From Macrostomum lignano (lineage: Eukaryota), in NCBI GenBank assembly GCA_002269645.1, contig NIVC01003131.1:1013-65012 (forward strand): a stretch of DNA of 64,000 bases, written 5' to 3'. The notes beneath the pieces were generated by a model that had not been told where the DNA came from, ran no database searches, and worked only from the letters and a program-made list of their open reading frames with translations. This document shows positions 54,380 through 64,000 of the stretch, in pieces. Every line of letters starts with the position of its first letter. Within the stretch, counting starts at the first letter, position 1. A program made the position numbers and the translations under genes.

Positions 54380-57300
54380 CCGGATTTCAAAACACATTCG
54401 AGATCATCATCAAGCACTGCTGCCAAGAGTGCAAGGCAAAAGAAAAAAACGTCACACAGCATCTGAAAGACCCTAAAAAAGGAACTAAAGAGTTCTTTGT
54501 GCACTTTTTGCAACACCTAACCGCGTTCAACAAGCTGATCGACTGTTGTACCGCCTGTCACAATGACACTTGGGACGATACTGAAATTGACCAAGAAAAA
54601 GCCAAGCCAAAGAAATCAACAGACGAAAAAAAAACAACTTCGAAACCAATATCCAGAACGACAAGCACTACACAGCAAACTACTGCTTCAACATGGGAAA
54701 CCCAAGAAACAAGCGCCACGACACAGACAGTTGAGAGCTCGACCGTGAGTGGCGCGACGCCCAGCAGCGAGGCCGAGACTGCGAGCACTGCGTCTGCGTC
54801 TACTGTTTCCACTGCGGAACCGGAAGCCACAAGCGCCGCCAGTGTCGAGACGCCGAGCGTGAGTGTACCAGAAGCGACAGGCCCGACATTGAGCACGGAG
54901 TCGACACAGACAGTTGAGAGCTCGACCGTGAGTGGCGCGACGCCCAGCAGCGAGGCCGAGACTGCGAGCACTGCGTCTGCGTCTACTGTTTCCACTGCGG
55001 AACCGGAAGCCACAAGCGCCGCCAGTGTCGAGACGCCGAGCGTGAGTGTACCAGAAGCGACAGGCCCGACATTGAGCACGGAGTCGACACAGACAGTTGA
55101 GAGCTCGACCGTGAGTGGCGCGACGCCCAGCAGCGAGGCCGAGACTGCGAGCACTGCGTCTGCGTCTACTGTTTCCACTGCGGAACCGGAAGCCACAAGC
55201 GCCGCCAGTGTCGAGACGCCGAGCGTGAGTGTACCAGAAGCGACAGGCCCGACATTGAGCACGGAGTCGACACAGACAGTTGAGAGCTCGACCGTGAGTG
55301 GCGCGACGCCCAGCAGCGAGGCCGAGACTGCGAGCACTGCGTCTGCGTCTACTGTTTCCACTGCGGAACCGGAAGCCACAAGCGCCGCCAGTGTCGAGAC
55401 GCCGAGCGTGAGTGTACCAGAAGCGACAGGCCCGACATTGAGCACGGAGTCGACACAGACAGTTGAGAGCTCGACCGTGAGTGGCGCGACGCCCAGCAGC
55501 GAGGCCGAGACTGCGAGCACTGCGTCTGCGTCTACTGTTTCCACTGCGGAACCGGAAGCCACAAGCGCCGCCAGTGTCGAGACGCCGAGCGTGAGTGTAC
55601 CAGAAGCGACAGGCCCGACATTGAGCACGGAGTCGACACAGACAGTTGAGAGCTCGACCGTGAGTGGCGCGACGCCCAGCAGCGAGGCCGAGACTGCGAG
55701 CACTGCGTCTGCGTCTACTGTTTCCACTGCGGAACCGGAAGCCACAAGCGCCGCCAGTGTCGAGACGCCGAGCGTGAGTGTACCAGAAGCGACAGGCCCG
55801 ACATTGAGCACGGAGTCGACACAGACAGTTGAGAGCTCGACCGTGAGTGGCGCGACGCCCAGCAGCGAGGCCGAGACTGCGAGCACTGCGTCTGCGTCTA
55901 CTGTTTCCACTGCGGAACCGGAAGCCACAAGCGCCGCCAGTGTCGAGACGCCGAGCGTGAGTGTACCAGAAGCGACAGGCCCGACATTGAGCACGGAGTC
56001 GACACAGACAGTTGAGAGCTCGACCGTGAGTGGCGCGACGCCCAGCAGCGAGGCCGAGACTGCGAGCACTGCGTCTGCGTCTACTGTTTCCACTGCGGAA
56101 CCGGAAGCCACAAGCGCCGCCAGTGTCGAGACGCCGAGCGTGAGTGTACCAGAAGCGACAGGCCCGACATTGAGCACGGAGTCGACACAGACAGTTGAGA
56201 GCTCGACCGTGAGTGGCGCGACGCCCAGCAGCGAGGCCGAGACTGCGAGCACTGCGTCTGCGTCTACTGTTTCCACTGCGGAACCGGAAGCCACAAGCGC
56301 CGCCAGTGTCGAGACGCCGAGCGTGAGTGTACCAGAAGCGACAGGCCCGACATTGAGCACGGAGTCGACACAGACAGTTGAGAGCTCGACCGTGAGTGGC
56401 GCGACGCCCAGCAGCGAGGCCGAGACTGCGAGCACTGCGTCTGCGTCTACTGTTTCCACTGCGGAACCGGAAGCCACAAGCGCCGCCAGTGTCGAGACGC
56501 GAGCGTGAGTGTACCAGAAGCGACAGGCCCGACATTGAGCACGGAGTCGACACAGACAGTTGAGAGCTCGACCGTGAGTGGCGCGACGCCCAGCAGCGAG
56601 GCCGAGACTGCGAGCACTGCGTCTGCGTCTACTGTTTCCACTGCGGAACCGGAAGCCACAAGCGCCGCCAGTGTCGAGACGCCGAGCGTGAGTGTACCAG
56701 AAGCGACAGGCCCGACATTGAGCACGGAGTCGACACAGACAGTTGAGAGCTCGACCGTGAGTGGCGCGACGCCCAGCAGCGAGGCCGAGACTGCGAGCAC
56801 TGCGTCTGCGTCTACTGTTTCCACTGCGGAACCGGAAGCCACAAGCGCCGCCAGTGTCGAGACGCCGAGCGTGAGTGTACCAGAAGCGACAGGCCCGACA
56901 TTGAGCACGGAGTCGACACAGACAGTTGAGAGCTCGACCGTGAGTGGCGCGACGCCCAGCAGCGAGGCCGAGACTGCGAGCACTGCGTCTGCGTCTACTG
57001 TTTCCACTGCGGAACCGGAAGCCACAAGCGCCGCCAGTGTCGAGACGCCGAGCGTGAGTGTACCAGAAGCGACAGGCCCGACATTGAGCACGGAGTCGAC
57101 ACAGACAGTTGAGAGCTCGACCGTGAGTGGCGCGACGCCCAGCAGCGAGGCCGAGACTGCGAGCACTGCGTCTGCGTCTACTGTTTCCACTGCGGAACCG
57201 GAAGCCACAAGCGCCGCCAGTGTCGAGACGCCGAGCGTGAGTGTACCAGAAGCGACAGGCCCGACATTGAGCACGGAGTCGACACAGACAGTTGAGAGCT

Positions 57301-60300
57301 CGACCGTGAGTGGCGCGACGCCCAGCAGCGAGGCCGAGACTGCGAGCACTGCGTCTGCGTCTACTGTTTCCACTGCGGAACCGGAAGCCACAAGCGCCGC
57401 CAGTGTCGAGACGCCGAGCGTGAGTGTACCAGAAGCGACAGGCCCGACATTGAGCACGGAGTCGACACAGACAGTTGAGAGCTCGACCGTGAGTGGCGCG
57501 ACGCCCAGCAGCGAGGCCGAGACTGCGAGCACTGCGTCTGCGTCTACTGTTTCCACTGCGGAACCGGAAGCCACAAGCGCCGCCAGTGTCGAGACGCCGA
57601 GCGTGAGTGTACCAGAAGCGACAGGCCCGACATTGAGCACGGAGTCGACACAGACAGTTGAGAGCTCGACCGTGAGTGGCGCGACGCCCAGCAGCGAGGC
57701 CGAGACTGCGAGCACTGCGTCTGCGTCTACTGTTTCCACTGCGGAACCGGAAGCCACAAGCGCCGCCAGTGTCGAGACGCCGAGCGTGAGTGTACCAGAA
57801 GCGACAGGCCCGACATTGAGCACGGAGTCGACACAGACAGTTGAGAGCTCGACCGTGAGTGGCGCGACGCCCAGCAGCGAGGCCGAGACTGCGAGCACTG
57901 CGTCTGCGTCTACTGTTTCCACTGCGGAACCGGAAGCCACAAGCGCCGCCAGTGTCGAGACGCCGAGCGTGAGTGTACCAGAAGCGACAGGCCCGACATT
58001 GAGCACGGAGTCGACACAGACAGTTGAGAGCTCGACCGTGAGTGGCGCGACGCCCAGCAGCGAGGCCGAGACTGCGAGCACTGCGTCTGCGTCTACTGTT
58101 TCCACTGCGGAACCGGAAGCCACAAGCGCCGCCAGTGTCGAGACGCCGAGCGTGAGTGTACCAGAAGCGACAGGCCCGACATTGAGCACGGAGTCGACAC
58201 AGACAGTTGAGAGCTCGACCGTGAGTGGCGCGACGCCCAGCAGCGAGGCCGAGACTGCGAGCACTGCGTCTGCGTCTACTGTTTCCACTGCGGAACCGGA
58301 AGCCACAAGCGCCGCCAGTGTCGAGACGCCGAGCGTGAGTGTACCAGAAGCGACAGGCCCGACATTGAGCACGGAGTCGACACAGACAGTTGAGAGCTCG
58401 ACCGTGAGTGGCGCGACGCCCAGCAGCGAGGCCGAGACTGCGAGCACTGCGTCTGCGTCTACTGTTTCCACTGCGGAACCGGAAGCCACAAGCGCCGCCA
58501 GTGTCGAGACGCCGAGCGTGAGTGTACCAGAAGCGACAGGCCCGACATTGAGCACGGAGTCGACACAGACAGTTGAGAGCTCGACCGTGAGTGGCGCGAC
58601 GCCCAGCAGCGAGGCCGAGACTGCGAGCACTGCGTCTGCGTCTACTGTTTCCACTGCGGAACCGGAAGCCACAAGCGCCGCCAGTGTCGAGACGCCGAGC
58701 GTGAGTGTACCAGAAGCGACAGGCCCGACATTGAGCACGGAGTCGACACAGACAGTTGAGAGCTCGACCGTGAGTGGCGCGACGCCCAGCAGCGAGGCCG
58801 AGACTGCGAGCACTGCGTCTGCGTCTACTGTTTCCACTGCGGAACCGGAAGCCACAAGCGCCGCCAGTGTCGAGACGCCGAGCGTGAGTGTACCAGAAGC
58901 GACAGGCCCGACATTGAGCACGGAGTCGACACAGACAGTTGAGAGCTCGACCGTGAGTGGCGCGACGCCCAGCAGCGAGGCCGAGACTGCGAGCACTGCG
59001 TCTGCGTCTACTGTTTCCACTGCGGAACCGGAAGCCACAAGCGCCGCCAGTGTCGAGACGCCGAGCGTGAGTGTACCAGAAGCGACAGGCCCGACATTGA
59101 GCACGGAGTCGACACAGACAGTTGAGAGCTCGACCGTGAGTGGCGCGACGCCCAGCAGCGAGGCCGAGACTGCGAGCACTGCGTCTGCGTCTACTGTTTC
59201 CACTGCGGAACCGGAAGCCACAAGCGCCGCCAGTGTCGAGACGCCGAGCGTGAGTGTACCAGAAGCGACAGGCCCGACATTGAGCACGGAGTCGACACAG
59301 ACAGTTGAGAGCTCGACCGTGAGTGGCGCGACGCCCAGCAGCGAGGCCGAGACTGCGAGCACTGCGTCTGCGTCTACTGTTTCCACTGCGGAACCGGAAG
59401 CCACAAGCGCCGCCAGTGTCGAGACGCCGAGCGTGAGTGTACCAGAAGCGACAGGCCCGACATTGAGCACGGAGTCGACACAGACAGTTGAGAGCTCGAC
59501 CGTGAGTGGCGCGACGCCCAGCAGCGAGGCCGAGACTGCGAGCACTGCGTCTGCGTCTACTGTTTCCACTGCGGAACCGGAAGCCACAAGCGCCGCCAGT
59601 GTCGAGACGCCGAGCGTGAGTGTACCAGAAGCGACAGGCCCGACATTGAGCACGGAGTCGACACAGACAGTTGAGAGCTCGACCGTGAGTGGCGCGACGC
59701 CCAGCAGCGAGGCCGAGACTGCGAGCACTGCGTCTGCGTCTACTGTTTCCACTGCGGAACCGGAAGCCACAAGCGCCGCCAGTGTCGAGACGCCGAGCGT
59801 GAGTGTACCAGAAGCGACAGGCCCGACATTGAGCACGGAGTCGACACAGACAGTTGAGAGCTCGACCGTGAGTGGCGCGACGCCCAGCAGCGAGGCCGAG
59901 ACTGCGAGCACTGCGTCTGCGTCTACTGTTTCCACTGCGGAACCGGAAGCCACAAGCGCCGCCAGTGTCGAGACGCCGAGCGTGAGTGTACCAGAAGCGA
60001 CAGGCCCGACATTGAGCACGGAGTCGACACAGACAGTTGAGAGCTCGACCGTGAGTGGCGCGACGCCCAGCAGCGAGGCCGAGACTGCGAGCACTGCGTC
60101 TGCGTCTACTGTTTCCACTGCGGAACCGGAAGCCACAAGCGCCGCCAGTGTCGAGACGCCGAGCGTGAGTGTACCAGAAGCGACAGGCCCGACATTGAGC
60201 ACGGAGTCGACACAGACAGTTGAGAGCTCGACCGTGAGTGGCGCGACGCCCAGCAGCGAGGCCGAGACTGCGAGCACTGCGTCTGCGTCTACTGTTTCCA

Positions 60301-63300
60301 CTGCGGAACCGGAAGCCACAAGCGCCGCCAGTGTCGAGACGCCGAGCGTGAGTGTACCAGAAGCGACAGGCCCGACATTGAGCACGGAGTCGACACAGAC
60401 AGTGAGAGCTCGACCGTGAGTGGCGCGACGCCCAGCAGCGAGGCCGAGACTGCGAGCACTGCGTCTGCGTCTACTGTTTCCACTGCGGAACCGGAAGCCA
60501 CAAGCGCCGCCAGTGTCGAGACGCCGAGCGTGAGTGTACCAGAAGCGACAGGCCCGACATTGAGCACGGAGTCGACACAGACAGTTGAGAGCTCGACCGT
60601 GAGTGGCGCGACGCCCAGCAGCGAGGCCGAGACTGCGAGCACTGCGTCTGCGTCTACTGTTTCCACTGCGGAACCGGAAGCCACAAGCGCCGCCAGTGTC
60701 GAGACGCCGAGCGTGAGTGTACCAGAAGCGACAGGCCCGACATTGAGCACGGAGTCGACACAGACAGTTGAGAGCTCGACCGTGAGTGGCGCGACGCCCA
60801 GCAGCGAGGCCGAGACTGCGAGCACTGCGTCTGCGTCTACTGTTTCCACTGCGGAACCGGAAGCCACAAGCGCCGCCAGTGTCGAGACGCCGAGCGTGAG
60901 TGTACCAGAAGCGACAGGCCCGACATTGAGCACGGAGTCGACACAGACAGTTGAGAGCTCGACCGTGAGTGGCGCGACGCCCAGCAGCGAGGCCGAGACT
61001 GCGAGCACTGCGTCTGCGTCTACTGTTTCCACTGCGGAACCGGAAGCCACAAGCGCCGCCAGTGTCGAGACGCCGAGCGTGAGTGTACCAGAAGCGACAG
61101 GCCCGACATTGAGCACGGAGTCGACACAGACAGTGAGAGCTCGACCGTGAGTGGCGCGACGCCCAGCAGCGAGGCCGAGACTGCGAGCACTGCGTCTGCG
61201 TCTACTGTTTCCACTGCGGAACCGGAAGCCACAAGCGCCGCCAGTGTCGAGACGCCGAGCGTGAGTGTACCAGAAGCGACAGGCCCGACATTGAGCACGG
61301 AGTCGACACAGACAGTGAGAGCTCGACCGTGAGTGGCGCGACGCCCAGCAGCGAGGCCGAGACTGCGAGCACTGCGTCTGCGTCTACTGTTTCCACTGCG
61401 GAACCGGAAGCCACAAGCGCCGCCAGTGTCGAGACGCCGAGCGTGAGTGTACCAGAAGCGACAGGCCCGACATTGAGCACGGAGTCGACACAGACAGTTG
61501 AGAGCTCGACCGTGAGTGGCGCGACGCCCAGCAGCGAGGCCGAGACTGCGAGCACTGCGTCTGCGTCTACTGTTTCCACTGCGGAACCGGAAGCCACAAG
61601 CGCCGCCAGTGTCGAGACGCCGAGCGTGAGTGTACCAGAAGCGACAGGCCCGACATTGAGCACGGAGTCGACACAGACAGTTGAGAGCTCGACCGTGAGT
61701 GGCGCGACGCCCAGCAGCGAGGCCGAGACTGCGAGCACTGCGTCTGCGTCTACTGTTTCCACTGCGGAACCGGAAGCCACAAGCGCCGCCAGTGTCGAGA
61801 CGCCGAGCGTGAGTGTACCAGAAGCGACAGGCCCGACATTGAGCACGGAGTCGACACAGACAGTTGAGAGCTCGACCGTGAGTGGCGCGACGCCCAGCAG
61901 CGAGGCCGAGACTGCGAGCACTGCGTCTGCGTCTACTGTTTCCACTGCGGAACCGGAAGCCACAAGCGCCGCCAGTGTCGAGACGCCGAGCGTGAGTGTA
62001 CCAGAAGCGACAGGCCCGACATTGAGCACGGAGTCGACACAGACAGTTGAGAGCTCGACCGTGAGTGGCGCGACGCCCAGCAGCGAGGCCGAGACTGCGA
62101 GCACTGCGTCTGCGTCTACTGTTTCCACTGCGGAACCGGAAGCCACAAGCGCCGCCAGTGTCGAGACGCCGAGCGTGAGTGTACCAAAGCGACAGGCCCG
62201 ACATTGAGCACGGAGTCGAGCACGACAGTAGTGGACGGTGAGTGCGCGACGCCCAGCAGCGAGGCCGAGACTGCGAGCACTGCGTCTGCGTCTACTGTTT
62301 CCACTGCGGAACCGGAAGCCACAAGCGCCGCCAGTGTCGAGACGCCGAGCGTGAGTGTACCAGAAGCGACAGGCCCGACATTGAGCACGGAGTCGACACA
62401 GACAGTTGAGAGCTCGACCGTGAGTGGCGCGACGCCCAGCAGCGAGGCCGAGACTGCGAGCACTGCGTCTGCGTCTACTGTTTCCACTGCGGAACCGGAA
62501 GCCACAAGCGCCGCCAGTGTCGAGACGCCGAGCGTGAGTGTACCAGAAGCGACAGGCCCGACATTGAGCACGGAGTCGACACAGACAGTTGAGAGCTCGA
62601 CCGTGAGTGGCGCGACGCCCAGCAGCGAGGCCGAGACTGCGAGCACTGCGTCTGCGTCTACTGTTTCCACTGCGGAACCGGAAGCCACAAGCGCCGCCAG
62701 TGTCGAGACGCCGAGCGTGAGTGTACCAGAAGCGACAGGCCCGACATTGAGCACGGAGTCGACACAGACAGTGAGAGCTCGACCGTGAGTGGCGCGACGC
62801 CCAGCAGCGAGGCCGAGACTGCGAGCACTGCGTCTGCGTCTACTGTTTCCACTGCGGAACCGGAAGCCACAAGCGCCGCCAGTGTCGAGACGCCGAGCGT
62901 GAGTGTACCAGAAGCGACAGGCCCGACATTGAGCACGGAGTCGACACAGACAGTTGAGAGCTCGACCGTGAGTGGCGCGACGCCCAGCAGCGAGGCCGAG
63001 ACTGCGAGCACTGCGTCTGCGTCTACTGTTTCCACTGCGGAACCGGAAGCCACAAGCGCCGCCAGTGTCGAGACGCGAGCGTGAGTGTACCAGAAGCGAC
63101 AGGCCCGACATTGAGCACGGAGTCGACACAGACAGTTGAGAGCTCGACCGTGAGTGGCGCGACGCCCAGCAGCGAGGCCGAGACTGCGAGCACTGCGTCT
63201 GCGTCTACTGTTTCCACTGCGGAACCGGAAGCCACAAGCGCCGCCAGTGTCGAGACGCCGAGCGTGAGTGTACCAGAAGCGACAGGCCCGACATTGAGCA

Positions 63301-64000
63301 CGGAGTCGACACAGACAGTTGAGAGCTCGACCGTGAGTGGCGCGACGCCCAGCAGCGAGGCCGAGACTGCGAGCACTGCGTCTGCGTCTACTGTTTCCAC
63401 TGCGGAACCGGAAGCCACAAGCGCCGCCAGTGTCGAGACGCCGAGCGTGAGTGTACCAGAAGCGACAGGCCCGACATTGACAGAGTCGAGTACGACAGTA
63501 AGTCGAGGACCGTGAGGCGCGACGCCAGCAGCGAGGCCGAGACTGCGAGCACTGCGTCTGCGTCTACTGTTTCCACTGCGGAACCGGAAGCCACAAGCGC
63601 CGCCAGTGTCGAGACGCCGAGCGTGAGTGTACCAGAAGCGACAGGCCCGACATTGAGCACGGAGTCGACACAGACAGTTGAGAGCTCGACCGTGAGTGGC
63701 GCGACGCCCAGCAGCGAGGCCGAGACTGCGAGCACTGCGTCTGCGTCTACTGTTTCCACTGCGGAACCGGAAGCCACAAGCGCCGCCAGTGTCGAGACGC
63801 CGAGCGTGAGTGTACCAGAAGCGACAGGCCCGACATTGAGCACGGAGTCGACACAGACAGTGAGAGCTCGACCGTGAGTGGCGCGACGCCAGCAGCGAGG
63901 CCGAGACTGCGAGCACTGCGTCTGCGTCTACTGTTTCCACTGCGGAACCGGAAGCCACAAGCGCCGCCAGTGTCGAGACGCCGAGCGTGAGTGTACCAGA
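54380..64000 (+). CDS. Giant mucin-like exon: short Cys-containing domain then ~51 x 61-aa S/T/A/E repeats; frameshifted several times in this sequence; continues past window
   Basis: CTGCAG phase-1 acceptor at 54378-54379; open frame to 56508 and 56505-60419; unit TVESSTVSGATPSSEAETASTASASTVSTAEPEATSAASVETPSVSVPEATGPTLSTESTQ. Confidence 0.72.
54723..64000 (+). repeat. 183-bp tandem repeat, ~51 copies, near-identical
   Basis: Period measured from 54723 to 54906; length divisible by 3. Confidence 0.97.

Noticed and set aside
54547-54561. Cytochrome c heme-binding motif CTACH
   Set aside because: Lies in a predicted secretory-pathway mucin N-terminus and is paired with a similar CCQEC motif lacking His; disulfide use is more plausible.
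54558-63958. Long antisense ORFs (Val/Ala/Leu-rich and Arg-rich frames) over the 183-bp array
   Set aside because: A stop-free unit divisible by 3 gives long ORFs automatically; only the plus-strand S/T frame links to a splice acceptor and signal peptide.

Overview
Eukaryotic (metazoan) genomic DNA with GC-rich exons and minisatellite-filled introns. The style suggests a free-living flatworm such as Macrostomum, but that is inference. Contents: (1) the 5' two-thirds (~1340 aa) of a rootletin/CROCC gene on the minus strand, 13 or more coding exons from 27458 down past position 1, with a duplicated exon pair and candidate alternative first exons beside RFX X-boxes; (2) a young, full-length but integrase-disrupted Ty3/Gypsy LTR retrotransposon (30191-36757; 315-bp LTRs, 5-bp TSD); (3) a 1.2-kb Mutator-like non-autonomous element; (4) a 5-exon MDM1 gene on the plus strand (40420-45198), head-to-head with rootletin; (5) a secreted mucin-like gene whose last visible exon holds ~51 near-identical 183-bp (61-aa Ser/Thr/Ala/Glu) repeats running off the window; (6) a tRNA-derived SINE family, MITEs and ~20 distinct tandem arrays. 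The most unusual item is a 297-bp hAT-type MITE carrying a eukaryotic 28S rDNA fragment that spans the R2/I-PpoI target, with the cut site altered. Also notable: an intronic array made of ~25 copies of the MDM1 splice donor, and a 36-copy array of X-box-like motifs. No database searches were run; homologies are from recalled sequences.
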